A stretch of DNA of 64,000 nucleotides, taken from Verrucomicrobiota bacterium (GTDB taxonomy: Bacteria > Verrucomicrobiota > Verrucomicrobiia > Opitutales > Opitutaceae). Below are positions 19,501 through 28,576 of the stretch, in pieces; position 1 is the stretch's first letter, and every line of letters starts with the position of its first letter. The translations under genes were made by a program, and so were the position numbers. The stretch covers positions 4,740 through 68,739 of the forward strand of contig JBEHYX010000015.1 in NCBI GenBank assembly GCA_048497945.1, read 5' to 3'. Under the pieces are notes generated by a model that searched no databases, was not told the DNA's origin, and saw only the letters and a list, made by a program, of their open reading frames with translations.

Positions 19501-19647
19501 GGCCTCGAGCGTCAGGACTTCCTGCGCGGGAGCGGCGGGCGCGGCCGCGGGGGCGGCCGTCTGGGCAAAGCCGGCGACGGCGGCGGCAAGAAAGCAGGCG
19601 GGGGCGATGGGGTGGAAGAACGGCAGGCGCGGACGGATTCTGTTCAT
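16549..19647 (-). CDS. TonB-dependent receptor
   Basis: Signal peptide; LEAFKVTGSNI (TonB-box region); plug motifs LVLLNGRR and IEVLRDGASSVYGSDAIAGVVN; C-terminal Phe. Confidence 0.92.
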   Translation of the reverse strand: MNRIRPRLPFFHPIAPACFLAAAVAGFAQTAAPAAAPAAPAQEVLTLEAFKVTGSNISRMDAEKVLPVTLLDREAIEASNSSTPVELLTRLPQLTDVPRNESNNGAASTRGDNANISLRGMGSSFTLVLLNGRRLAPAPLVSNENGIPAMSVNVNQLPMQGLSRIEVLRDGASSVYGSDAIAGVVNFITDDQFVGTRVRTRFGAPEHGAGRTYQASVTQGMKFADGRGHLLVVLDGFKRDSIFMTDRDVSATADHSAAAPAPFNVPGSAFDGRGADGAYASFRIGTGTTTNYFLPVNGVLTFTSTTPTRTTMPAYFLDVNQFQNVAYNATDRQNFMASASYELTKNITAFTDLSYYRAKSQIYREPIRSAAPASSQYAPMSVDNPYNPYGSRFYSPTGAPNPDGTARLTGTPRAVVLVGKYHVDDGAEDITVTGGTFRGVAGLRGKLPHDWSWEAAALYSRAAATDISNNSGRESLFQQALMKTDATAYNPFGYTFKVSNGAVVPDQVYVNPPSALVSWIQPYGHDGTTTLESADVRASGPLFKLWGNDISLAVGSETRREEFTDTRPPYAGVNPPGSGLDPADNDFLVATARPDSAGQRTVYSAYSELVVPLVGDGRKLPLLHSLELSGAVRYEDYSDFGTTTRPKFGLNWKPLDGVMVRASVNRGFAAPTLTAIYTPTQLTVDNPLDNYRNIALGEGAYSQRRMNTGNPNLKPVKSDGRSAGIVVDIPKIRGLTLTADYFQIEQEGEVGTRSNAQILNNDFTLLQAYTASQLAAGKSIDQIDLGSGTANYKGDPAVVRDVVSAADIAAFATANAAKPAGQRMAPVGRVLTRAMPFENFAQSYVSGVDMSLSYTKRSAQWGQILASTEWTYLIRSDVTRSPAGGAVTLSDRLGVNGATRWRGSSSLAWERQHWSASFGAYYIGAFGDSGTTTTAAIYESLGKPSYLVKGTDNSAVVYRYKVSDVISFNASVGYDFDKNRSFWLRNTKLKLGVINLTDREPPLASGNFGFNAAVHSSLFPGRTWTVELSRKF

Positions 19648-19904
19648 GGAGGTGGAGAGGTGGGACTGAAGCGGGCCGGCCATCCGGCAAGGGTGACGCA
19701 AACGGGGAACAGCGCCATTCCAATGGCAGGGCCGGCGTTCGCGCCAATTGCTTGATGACTGTCTTTTCTATAAACAGGTAGGACGATCTCGCTGCCTGAA
19801 GAACAGACAGCGAAGGCAGGCTCGCGCGAACCCGCCGGCGCGCGCCACATCGACCCCGTCCAGCGCCGCTCCCAACCTTCCCCCCGGCGCCAACCCCCTT
19901 CCCT

Positions 19905-20861
19905 ATGATCAGAGGCATCCGCAGAGTCATCCAGCACAACGGGCGCGTCCAGCCCGGCGAACGCGCCGTCGTCGTCACCAACCCGGAAATGAGCGCCATC
20001 GCCGGCCTGCTGGTGTCGGAACTGAACGCGCTCGGCGCCGATGTCCGCCAGTTCGTCGTGCCCACCCGTACGCACGACGGACAGGAGCCGCCCGCCGCCG
20101 CCGTGGATGCCATGCTGGAGGCCAACGTGATTTTCTCCCCGGTCAGCGTCTCGATCACCCACACCCGCGCCATGCGCGCGGCGCTCGCGCGCGGCGCGCG
20201 GGCCATCCTCATGACCGCGCACAACGAGCGCGTGCTCACCTGCCCCGCCCTGCTCGAGACCGACTTCAACGCGCAGGCCCCGGTCGGCCGCGCGATCGGC
20301 GCGGCCTTCCGGAACGGCAAGGTGGCCCACCTCACCTCGGCCCGGGGGACCGACCTCCTGATCCCGATCGCAAACCGCCCCGTCAACATCCTCACCGGCG
20401 TGCCCGGCCCCGGCGAGCTGGCGCCCGTGCCCACGATCGAGACCAACGTCGTGCCGATCCACCTGGCCAGCGAAGGCGTGCTCGTCGCCGACGGCAGCAT
20501 TCCCTACCTCGGCATCGGCGTGCTGACCGAGCCCGTGGTGTGCACGATCGAGGGCGGTTATATCGTGAAGATGGAAGGCGGCGCGCAGGCGCGCCAGTTC
20601 GAGGCCGCGCTGCGCGCGCACCGCAACCGCGAGTGCTTCAACGTGGCGGAACTCGGGGTTGGACTTAACCCCAACGCGACCTTATCCGGGTTCATGCTTG
20701 AAGACGAGGGCGTCATGGGGTCCATCCACATCGGCATCGGCACCAGCTTCACGCTGGGCGGCGAGATTGTCGCCCCCACCCACTACGACCTGGTGATGCT
20801 CCGCGCCCGCCTTGCGGTCGACGATCGCGTCATCATGGAAGACTGCCAGGTCAGGGTGTGA
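19905..20861 (+). CDS. M29/aminopeptidase T-like metallohydrolase
   Basis: AELGVGLNP, EDEGVMGSIHIGIG and HYDLV motifs. Start uncertain. Confidence 0.75.
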   Translation: MIRGIRRVIQHNGRVQPGERAVVVTNPEMSAIAGLLVSELNALGADVRQFVVPTRTHDGQEPPAAAVDAMLEANVIFSPVSVSITHTRAMRAALARGARAILMTAHNERVLTCPALLETDFNAQAPVGRAIGAAFRNGKVAHLTSARGTDLLIPIANRPVNILTGVPGPGELAPVPTIETNVVPIHLASEGVLVADGSIPYLGIGVLTEPVVCTIEGGYIVKMEGGAQARQFEAALRAHRNRECFNVAELGVGLNPNATLSGFMLEDEGVMGSIHIGIGTSFTLGGEIVAPTHYDLVMLRARLAVDDRVIMEDCQVRV

Positions 20862-20868
20862 TCGCGGG

Positions 20869-21942
20869 ATGCGCCTGAACCGCGAATCCCTGGGCCAGAC
20901 CGCCGCCGCCGCCCTTGCCGCGGAGATCGCCCGCGGCCGCTGGCCGCGCGTGCTGCCCGGCGAATTCCAGCTCAGCACCGAGCTGCAGGTCAGCCGCTCC
21001 ACCATTCGCCAGGCCCTCGCGATCCTCCGCACCGAGGGCATGCTCAAGACCGTGAACGGCTACGGCTCGGTCGTGGTGCGCAAGGACCGCGCCGCCGTCG
21101 CGCCGCCGAGCCGCACGCTGGGCCTGCTCCAGCCGACCGAGCTCGACCAGCTGAAGCCCTACCAGCTGCTGTGGATCGATCACCTGCGGTCGCACTGCAC
21201 CGCCGCGGGCTACGAGCTGATCGTCCACGAACTCCGCAGCGAAAGCGCCGCCAAGCGGGCCAAGCTCCATGCGCGCCTGCTCGAGCAGTATCATCATCGC
21301 TGCTGGATCCTGAACCTTTCCCCCGCGGGATTGCAGGCGCGTTTCCAGGCGCTGGGCGTCCAGTGCGTCGTCGCCGGCACGTGCGACGAAGGCGTAACGC
21401 TGCCGCACGTCGCCTTGGACAACCGCGCGCTCGGCATCCATGCCGCCGGCCTCCTGCTCGCCAAGGGCCACCGGCAGCTCGCCGTCCTCGCGGAGAAGAA
21501 CCAGACCGCGGCCTGGGAGAACTGCACCCGCGGCTTCCTGGAGATTGCACGGCAGAAAGGGCTGGAGCCCGAGGTGCTCCGGCACGAGCCCAACGCCGAA
21601 AACGTCGGCCGCCTGCTGGGCCGGGTCCTGGGTTCCGGGCGCCGGCCGAGCGCGATCCTCGTGCTCAATCCTTTCTACTACCTCACGGTCGTGAGCGTGC
21701 TGGGCAACCTCGGCCTGCGCATTCCCGCGGACATCTCACTCCTGACCACCTACGGCGATCCGTTCCTCGGTTACCTGCTGCCGAGCCCCGGCCACTACGA
21801 CTACCGCCCGGCCGCGTACGCCCGCCGGCTCTTCGCGATGGCGGAAGCGCTCGCCGCGGGCCGCGCCGCGCGCACGGGCGTCCTGCTGGAGCCGACCTAC
21901 ATCGCCGGCAAATCGCTGGCCGCGCCACCCACCCTTGCCTGA
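20869..21942 (+). CDS. GntR-HTH regulator with LacI-type periplasmic-binding-fold sensor domain
   Basis: LPGEFQLSTELQVSRSTIRQAL HTH; GHRQLA and LRIPADISL in the sensor domain. Confidence 0.85.
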   Translation: MRLNRESLGQTAAAALAAEIARGRWPRVLPGEFQLSTELQVSRSTIRQALAILRTEGMLKTVNGYGSVVVRKDRAAVAPPSRTLGLLQPTELDQLKPYQLLWIDHLRSHCTAAGYELIVHELRSESAAKRAKLHARLLEQYHHRCWILNLSPAGLQARFQALGVQCVVAGTCDEGVTLPHVALDNRALGIHAAGLLLAKGHRQLAVLAEKNQTAAWENCTRGFLEIARQKGLEPEVLRHEPNAENVGRLLGRVLGSGRRPSAILVLNPFYYLTVVSVLGNLGLRIPADISLLTTYGDPFLGYLLPSPGHYDYRPAAYARRLFAMAEALAAGRAARTGVLLEPTYIAGKSLAAPPTLA

Positions 21943-21943
21943 A

Positions 21944-23227
21944 ATGACTCCCTCCCCCGCCCAACCCTCATTCGCCCGCCGCGCGCTGGATCGCTGGCAA
22001 GGCTGGTCCTTCGGCGCCAAGACGTTCCTCGCGATGTTCGTCGGCGGCGCCATCGGGCTCTGGGTCGGCCCGGCCGCCATGGTCGTGTCCCCGATCGGCG
22101 AGATCTTCATCCGCGCGCTGGTCATGAGCGCCATCCCGCTGGTGTTTTTCAACCTGCTGGCCGGGCTCACGTCGGCCGGGGACATCCGCGTGCTCGGCCG
22201 CGTCGGGTTGCGCGTGCTCCTTTGCTATGTCCTTTCCACGCTCGCGGCGCTGGCGCTGGGGCTCGCGATCATCCACTGGCTGCAGCCGGGCGTCGGCATG
22301 CCGCTGCGGGGCGAGATCTCGCCGGAGATCGGCAACGTCCCGTCGCTGGGCAACACCCTGATGGAGCTCGTGCCGCGCAATGTCTTCCAGGCCCTGGCCG
22401 CCGGCAGCGTGGCGCAGATCGCGGTGTTCGCCGCCTTGCTCGGCGTGGCCACGGTCATGTTGCCCGCCGCCAAGCGCGAGCCGCTGGCCCGCGGCTATGC
22501 CCTCGTCGCGGATGCCCTGCGGCAGCTCACCACCTTGATCATGGCGATCGCCCCGCTCGGGGTGGCCGCGCTCTCCGCGACCACGGCCGGGCAGTACGGG
22601 ACGAAGATCCTGGGATCGCTCACCCTCTTCATCGGCGGCGTCTGGCTGGCGCAGCTGCTGGTCGCGGTCTTCTACCTCGTGGCGCTGCGGCTGGTCACCG
22701 GCATGGGACCGCTGGATTTTCTCCGCCAGACCTCCGCCCTGTATGCCACGACCGTGGCGACCTGCAGCAGCCTGGCCAGCCTGACGGTGGTCATGGACAT
22801 CGCCGAGAAAAAGCTCCGCATCCCCCGCCGCATCTACGCGATCACGCTGCCGCTCGGCTCCCAATTCAACAAGGACGGCACCGCGGTCACGCTCGTGGGC
22901 ATCCTCCTGTTCACCGCCCAGGCCGCCGGCATCCATTTCGATTTCGGCACCATCCTCTCGATCCTGTTCGTCGGCCTGATCCTGTCGGAGGGGATCGGCG
23001 GCGTGCCCGGCGGCGGCCTCGTGATCGCGATGATCTTCGTCAAGGCCTTCCACCTGCCGCTCGAGGTCGCGGCGATCGTCGGCGGCATCTACCGGTTCTT
23101 CGACATGAGCAACACCACGATCAACTGCATGGGCGACCTGGTGTGGACGAAGGTGGTGGCGCACTTCGAACCGCCCGAGCCGGCGGATCACGCGGATGAT
23201 GACACCGCGGGCTGCGCGACAGATTGA
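21944..23227 (+). CDS. Dicarboxylate/amino acid:cation symporter (DAACS)
   Basis: TCSSLASL, PLGSQFNKDGTA, GGVPGGG and FDMSNTTINCMGD motifs. Confidence 0.9.
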   Translation: MTPSPAQPSFARRALDRWQGWSFGAKTFLAMFVGGAIGLWVGPAAMVVSPIGEIFIRALVMSAIPLVFFNLLAGLTSAGDIRVLGRVGLRVLLCYVLSTLAALALGLAIIHWLQPGVGMPLRGEISPEIGNVPSLGNTLMELVPRNVFQALAAGSVAQIAVFAALLGVATVMLPAAKREPLARGYALVADALRQLTTLIMAIAPLGVAALSATTAGQYGTKILGSLTLFIGGVWLAQLLVAVFYLVALRLVTGMGPLDFLRQTSALYATTVATCSSLASLTVVMDIAEKKLRIPRRIYAITLPLGSQFNKDGTAVTLVGILLFTAQAAGIHFDFGTILSILFVGLILSEGIGGVPGGGLVIAMIFVKAFHLPLEVAAIVGGIYRFFDMSNTTINCMGDLVWTKVVAHFEPPEPADHADDDTAGCATD

Positions 23228-23259
23228 GGCCGGATCCTCAAACCTTCGAGTCCAGATGA

Positions 23260-23463
23260 TTTAACCACGAAAGCTTCGCCTACCGGCTACGCTTTGGATT
23301 CCGGGGATCGGCTGATCGCCGATGGGCAACAAAACACCTGGGCAAGACTTGTTCGGAATAAGATTTCTCGCGGCGATTAACCGCGCCTCCGAACCAACCC
23401 CGGAGCCGATTAGGCGCAGGGCACTTTCAAGCGCAGCCGTTAGGCGAAGCCTTCGTGGTTAAA
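23260..23463. repeat. ~204-bp nested palindromic element, copy 3
   Basis: Imperfect ~33-bp TIR. ccggagccgattaggcg (23400-23416) is identical to 1604-1620. Lies between convergent genes. Confidence 0.8.
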
Positions 23464-23509
23464 ACCATGTCCGATGCTTAAAACTTTCAGGTTTCAGGTC
23501 TCAGCCCTC

Positions 23510-25321
23510 TCATTCGGTCATCCGAATGATGCCCACCCCATCCTCGATCTCGATCTTCGTGCCGAAGGGCTTCGAATACTCGATCACCTCCTCGAGGATC
23601 TTCCGCGCCACCTCGGGCGTGGGCCGGCGCGGGATGCCCACCTGGGAACCCGGTCGCGGCGTCTGGCCCAGGTCGACCGGGTAGATGCGGACCTCGGCGA
23701 GCTTGCCGTTTTCGAAGCGCGTGTACGTCAGGATCGATTCCAGCGTGGCCTTGGTCTGCCAGTAGCGGTCCGGGTTGATGGGATTGCGGCCCTGCACCTC
23801 GTGCTCGCCGACGATCGCGCCGGATGCCTCGCCCGCTTCTTCCCCGGATTTGGCCGCGCCATGCGGCGCGAACACGGGCATGATCGCCGACTGGAAGATA
23901 AAGTTCGAGGTGCCGTAGAAGATCGGCTTGCCCTGGTAGATCTCCACGCCCTTGAGCGTATGCACGCCCTGCGCGACGAAGACATCGACGCCCTGGTCGA
24001 TGGCTTCGTGGGCGAACTTGATCTCGAAATCCGCCGGGAAGTGATCGTGCGAATACGCCTGGAAATCGAACCGGTTCTGGTGCCAGTGCGTGTTGCTCAC
24101 CAGGATGTCGGACGCCTGCTTGCCGGTGCGGATCTGCGTCAGGATCTCGCGCCGGTCCTGCGGGTTCATGTCGAAGCTGTGCTCGCCCGGCCGGTCCATC
24201 AGCCGGAACTGCGTGCCGAACGCCGCCAAATCGCGGCCCGTGCCCGCGTCGCCGGCGATCGCCCGCAACTGGGCCAGCTGCCCGGCGGTGACGCCGTGAT
24301 AAAGCGTGACGCGGAGTGTGTTGCAGATCCCATCCTGCGCCATGCGATCCTTGGGCGCGCCCTTGTCCATTTCCTTCGCCGCAGGCACGGACGCCGCGGC
24401 CAAAGGGTCCGCGGCGTCCGGTTTCGGCCCCGACTTGAACACAACACCGAAAACCGTGACCACGCCCGCCGGGTCGGGAGCACGCAGCGCCACCGGCACG
24501 TCGACTTCGGCGCGGCGCGCCAGGATGGACTCCTTCATCGCCCTGACTTGGGCGAGCTGGGGCTCCGTCACATAAACCACCTCCGGCGGCAGTTCGCTGC
24601 TGCGCGAGACGGCGGAATCGATGCCCCCCTCCGCATAAACCCCGACGAAACCGGCCAGGCCCTTGGGAGTGGAAAAGTACCGCGCCATCCTCGCCTCCTT
24701 CAGCGTGCGCGCCACGCCCACGTGGATGATGCCCACCCGCTCCATCTGCCGGAAATTCTCCCAGATACCCGGTGCCTTGTGGCTCTTGTTGTTGGCGCGG
24801 CTGACCATGTCGATGCCCATGCGCGCCCAGTCGTCGGCGACTTCCTTCGTCCCGAGGTTGTTGCCGTGGTACCCGAAGTTGTCGAAGTCGTAGATCTCGT
24901 TCTCGAAATCGCCGACCGCCAGGTCCGCCTCCCGGACGATGTTCAACAGGTACTGCACATCCGGGTCGTTGCGGTTGGCGAACGGCTGGAACTGCAGCAG
25001 GTCGCCGAGCCCCACGACGGTGAAGGACTGCCTGACCTTCAGTGCCAGCTCGACGGCCTGGTCCGGATTCGACGGCACGCCGGGGACGCCGTTGCCGAAG
25101 AGCTTCGCGTTCTGGCCGATGTTGCGCGCCGGCTCCGGCTCGGCGGCGGCAATGGAACAGCTGCCCAATGCGACCAGCAGGCATTTCACGAGGCCGCTTG
25201 AAACCAAACGGTTCGGGCGTGGGAGGGGCTTTACGCCCCGACGGAACGCCTTCGTTGCCGGAAAAGTCGGGGCATAAAGCCCCTCCCACCATTCCAGAGA
25301 GAACCATTGGTGCTTGTGCAT
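23510..25321 (-). CDS. CapA/PGA_cap family metallophosphoesterase-like protein, exported
   Basis: VGLGDL, SRANNK, AIDQGVDVFVAQGVHTLKGVEIYQGKPIFYG motifs. Start is either ATG 25321 or GTG 25189. Confidence 0.8.
   Translation of the reverse strand: MHKHQWFSLEWWEGLYAPTFPATKAFRRGVKPLPRPNRLVSSGLVKCLLVALGSCSIAAAEPEPARNIGQNAKLFGNGVPGVPSNPDQAVELALKVRQSFTVVGLGDLLQFQPFANRNDPDVQYLLNIVREADLAVGDFENEIYDFDNFGYHGNNLGTKEVADDWARMGIDMVSRANNKSHKAPGIWENFRQMERVGIIHVGVARTLKEARMARYFSTPKGLAGFVGVYAEGGIDSAVSRSSELPPEVVYVTEPQLAQVRAMKESILARRAEVDVPVALRAPDPAGVVTVFGVVFKSGPKPDAADPLAAASVPAAKEMDKGAPKDRMAQDGICNTLRVTLYHGVTAGQLAQLRAIAGDAGTGRDLAAFGTQFRLMDRPGEHSFDMNPQDRREILTQIRTGKQASDILVSNTHWHQNRFDFQAYSHDHFPADFEIKFAHEAIDQGVDVFVAQGVHTLKGVEIYQGKPIFYGTSNFIFQSAIMPVFAPHGAAKSGEEAGEASGAIVGEHEVQGRNPINPDRYWQTKATLESILTYTRFENGKLAEVRIYPVDLGQTPRPGSQVGIPRRPTPEVARKILEEVIEYSKPFGTKIEIEDGVGIIRMTE
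25219..25289. repeat. GTGGGA-type REP doublet (REPIN)
   Basis: gtgggaggggctttacgccccgac ... gtcggggcataaagcccctcccac, inverted repeat matching at 23/24. Confidence 0.85.
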
Positions 25322-25331
25322 AAAGGAAAGC

Positions 25332-26636
25332 CTACGTCGTCGCCGGCACGGCGGTGGCGACCGCCACGCGCGGAGCGCGCCAAGTCAGGACCAGGGTGGC
25401 GACGAGGCTGACCAATGCCGCCATCGCGAGCCACGCGCCGGGCACCGCCTTGTCCCCGGTGGCATGGATCAGCCAGGTGCAGATCGCGGGCGTGAGGCCG
25501 CCGAAGATTGCGGTCGCCAGGCTGTAGGCCAGCGAGAAACCCGCAGTGCGGACGTCGGCGGGCATGACCTCGGTCAGGTAAACGATCATCGCGCCGTTGT
25601 AGCCTGCGTAGACCAGCGCCAGCCACAGCTCCACGCCGAGCAGGCGTTCAAAACCCGGCGCCTGTGCCAGCCACCACAAGGCCGGGTAGCCCGTCAGCAA
25701 TGCCAGCACGGTGCACGCGATCAGCTGTGGGCGGCGGCCGATCCGGTCGGACAGCGCGCCCATTACCGGCAGCAGGATGAAATTCGACAGCCCCACGCAG
25801 AAGCTCACCGTCAGGCTTTCGCCCGGCGTGAGCTTCAGCACCGAGTTTCCGTAGGTCGGGGTGTAGACGGTGATCAGGTAGAACGAGACCGTCGTCATCA
25901 TGACCAGCATCGTGCCCAGCGCGACGACCCGCCAGCTGCGGCCCATGGAGACGACCACCTCGCGCAACGTCGGCGGCTTGCGGGTGCGGGCCACGAACGC
26001 GGGCGATTCCTCGAGATGGTTCCGGATCAGGAAAACGCAGGGAATGATCAGGCAGCCGATGAAAAACGGAATCCGCCAGCCCCATGCGCCCATTTCCGCC
26101 GGCGACAGCAGCCGCGAGAGCGTGAGGCCGATGAAGGAGGCGAACACCACCGCCATCTGCTGGCTTGCCGACTGCCAGCTGACGAAGAAGCCCTTGTGGC
26201 CGGGCGTCGCGATCTCCGCGAGGTAGACCGAGGTCCCGCCGACCTCTGCGCCCGCCGAAAAGCCCTGCAGCAGCCGACCCGCCAGCACGACGAGCGGGGC
26301 CAGTACGCCCACCCGTTCGAATCCCGGCATGCAGGCGATCGACAGCGTGCCCAGCGTCATCAGGCTCAGCGCCAGCGTCAGGCCGGCCCGGCGTCCGCGC
26401 CGGTCGATGTACGCCCCGAGCACGATCGCCCCGATGGGCCGCATCAGGAAGCCGGCGCCGAACGTCGCGAACACCAGCATCATCGACGCAAACTCGTTCG
26501 CCGCGGGAAAGAAGGTCCGGGCGATCCACGTGCTGTAGAAGCCGAACACCATGAAATCGAACATCTCCATGAAGTTTGCGCTCGAGACGAGCGCGATGAG
26601 CTTCAGGTTCCGGCGCGGCGAGATCGGGGCATGCAT
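25332..26636 (-). CDS. MFS metabolite:H+ symporter (CitA/TcuC-like)
   Basis: [34 protein letters not shown] and [14 protein letters not shown] motifs. Confidence 0.88.
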   Translation of the reverse strand: MHAPISPRRNLKLIALVSSANFMEMFDFMVFGFYSTWIARTFFPAANEFASMMLVFATFGAGFLMRPIGAIVLGAYIDRRGRRAGLTLALSLMTLGTLSIACMPGFERVGVLAPLVVLAGRLLQGFSAGAEVGGTSVYLAEIATPGHKGFFVSWQSASQQMAVVFASFIGLTLSRLLSPAEMGAWGWRIPFFIGCLIIPCVFLIRNHLEESPAFVARTRKPPTLREVVVSMGRSWRVVALGTMLVMMTTVSFYLITVYTPTYGNSVLKLTPGESLTVSFCVGLSNFILLPVMGALSDRIGRRPQLIACTVLALLTGYPALWWLAQAPGFERLLGVELWLALVYAGYNGAMIVYLTEVMPADVRTAGFSLAYSLATAIFGGLTPAICTWLIHATGDKAVPGAWLAMAALVSLVATLVLTWRAPRVAVATAVPATT

Positions 26637-26842
26637 GGGGCGAATAGGACGGGCGACGCGGCTGGCTCCGTCCTGCGCGCATTGAGGGAGGCGTCTCGGA
26701 CCCCGCCAACCCCGACCTACCTGCCTTTTATTCGGACAGGCCTCGCGGCTCCGTTCGCATTCATGCCGCTAGGCCCAAAGCCGGAGCCCGCGTTTCGAAA
26801 AGAAGAACCAGCCGCCGAAGCGCCGGATGCTGTTGTCGGTCC

Positions 26843-28555
26843 TCATGGAGCCTTGCCCTGTCCCCTGAATACCGTCCGGACGGCTGCGTAGGCGGCTTTC
26901 GGCCGGCGGAACTCGTCGAGCGTCCCCTTGTTGTTGAAGGTCCGGGGGCGCTTCAACGACCATCCGCCCCCGTAGGTGCGGACGTCGCTGAAATGCCAGA
27001 GCGCGATGCCGCTGCAGCGGGGATGCCCCAAGGCGGCCTCGCAAGCCGTGCGCAGGTAGGCGGCCTGGAATTCCTCGGTGAAGAAATCGTGGTGCGCGTC
27101 GCGCCATCCATACAATCCCTCCGCGCCGATTTCCGAGATGATGACGGGCTTGTCCCGGAAGCCCGCGCCATCGAGATGCCGCAGGCATTGCGCGATGAAG
27201 GGCGCGATCAAGTCCAGCGGCTGCCCGACCCCTTCGCAACCATACCATCCGGGGTAGACATTCAAGGCGATCAAATCGACGAGGTCGAAATGGCGGTCGG
27301 TGAGGGCAAACATGCTCGCATAGCTGATCAGCCGGGTCGGATCCAGTTCGCGCAGCAGCCGGGCCGTCGCGGCGAACACGGGCCTGACGTAATCGCTGTC
27401 GGTCCCGGCTTCGTTCAGGAAGCCCCAGATGATCACCGAGGGATGATTGGCGCTCGCCCGCACCATCGCGCGCAAGGCCGTCGCGTGATCCCGGCGAAAT
27501 TTCTCGCTGCCGAACGTCCGCTCCCGCTGGCCCCAGCCCAGGTTCTCCTCCCAGACAAGAAACCCCAGCTCGTCGCAGAGATCGAGAAACCGCTGGTCCT
27601 GCGGATAGTGCGAGCCACGCACGAAATTGCACCCGAGGTCGCGCAACATCTGCAGGTCGGCGTACAGCTGCAGCGAGGGGGTGCAGGGGCCGTAGTTCGG
27701 ATGCCATTCATGGCGGTTGTAGCCCCGCAGTTGCAGCTTTTCCCCATTGAGCCAGAGGGCGCCCTCGCGCGCCTCGATTCGCCGCAGGCCGAAGCGGACG
27801 GTCGCGTCGTCCGGGACGTCGCCGCGGGGACCGACAAGGGTTACCTGGAGCGCGTGCAGGTTGGGCGAACCGGGGGCCCACACGCGGGGCGCCGGCACCG
27901 TCAGGATAAGCGTGATGCGCGAATTCCTCACCGGCACGGCCACGTGGCGCAGGGGTGCCGCTTCGTCAAACCGGGTCGTGACGGTGATTTCCCCGGGAAC
28001 CGGGCCGGCCAGTTCGATCATGACCTCGACCGCGCCGGCCCGATAGGCAGCCAGCGGACGCACCTGCACATGGTCGACGAACGGCGCGTCAACCGGCAGC
28101 ACGTGAAGCGTCACCCCGCGAAGAATGCCCCCGTACTGGTAGAAGTCGAAATACTCCTCGTGCATCGGGACCCGGTCGAAGTCGAAGCGGTTGTCGACGA
28201 GCACGACGAGTTCCCGCTCCTCCTCGCTCGATGGCGGCACCTCCACCACAAACGGGGCATAGCCGCAGGCATGTTCCGCCAGCGCGGCCCGGTCGACGAA
28301 GATCCTGGTCCACATTGAAACCGCCCCGAACTCCAACCGCGCCGGGCGGCCGGCGGGCACGCGAAATCGGGTCCGGTAGGCGGCGGCACCGCGCTGGCCG
28401 GCGTAAGCCGGCAGGGCATCGAACGCGGAAGGCACGGGCATCTTCTCCGCGGTGTCCAGGCCCGCCGGGGAAAATGAATCCAACGGGACGGCGCCGAGAA
28501 AGGCGAAGTCCCAAAGGCCGTTCAGCGGCGAAACCGATCGAATCGAATGTTGCAT
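26843..28555 (-). CDS. GH2 beta-glucuronidase/galacturonidase-like enzyme
   Basis: GYNRHE, RGSHYP, WGFLNE (acid/base), ISEIG (nucleophile) and NNKG (uronidase NxKG motif). No signal peptide. Confidence 0.85.
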   Translation of the reverse strand: MQHSIRSVSPLNGLWDFAFLGAVPLDSFSPAGLDTAEKMPVPSAFDALPAYAGQRGAAAYRTRFRVPAGRPARLEFGAVSMWTRIFVDRAALAEHACGYAPFVVEVPPSSEEERELVVLVDNRFDFDRVPMHEEYFDFYQYGGILRGVTLHVLPVDAPFVDHVQVRPLAAYRAGAVEVMIELAGPVPGEITVTTRFDEAAPLRHVAVPVRNSRITLILTVPAPRVWAPGSPNLHALQVTLVGPRGDVPDDATVRFGLRRIEAREGALWLNGEKLQLRGYNRHEWHPNYGPCTPSLQLYADLQMLRDLGCNFVRGSHYPQDQRFLDLCDELGFLVWEENLGWGQRERTFGSEKFRRDHATALRAMVRASANHPSVIIWGFLNEAGTDSDYVRPVFAATARLLRELDPTRLISYASMFALTDRHFDLVDLIALNVYPGWYGCEGVGQPLDLIAPFIAQCLRHLDGAGFRDKPVIISEIGAEGLYGWRDAHHDFFTEEFQAAYLRTACEAALGHPRCSGIALWHFSDVRTYGGGWSLKRPRTFNNKGTLDEFRRPKAAYAAVRTVFRGQGKAP

Positions 28556-28576
28556 GGGAACTGTCGCCGCGCCCGC

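Noticed and set aside
13631-19755. Very long + strand ORFs (943 aa and 1098 aa) and similar ones at 32226, 34482 and 37734
   Set aside because: They are antisense shadows of well-supported minus-strand genes, expected in high-GC DNA, and carry no protein motifs.
19648-19904. Possible riboswitch (e.g. cobalamin) upstream of the TonB receptor
   Set aside because: No recognisable conserved riboswitch boxes. Only a single AT-rich patch (ctataaacaggtag) is present, insufficient to call an operator.
26769-26846. 25-aa ORF overlapping the GH2 stop (ATGA)
   Set aside because: Too short and without motif or other support.
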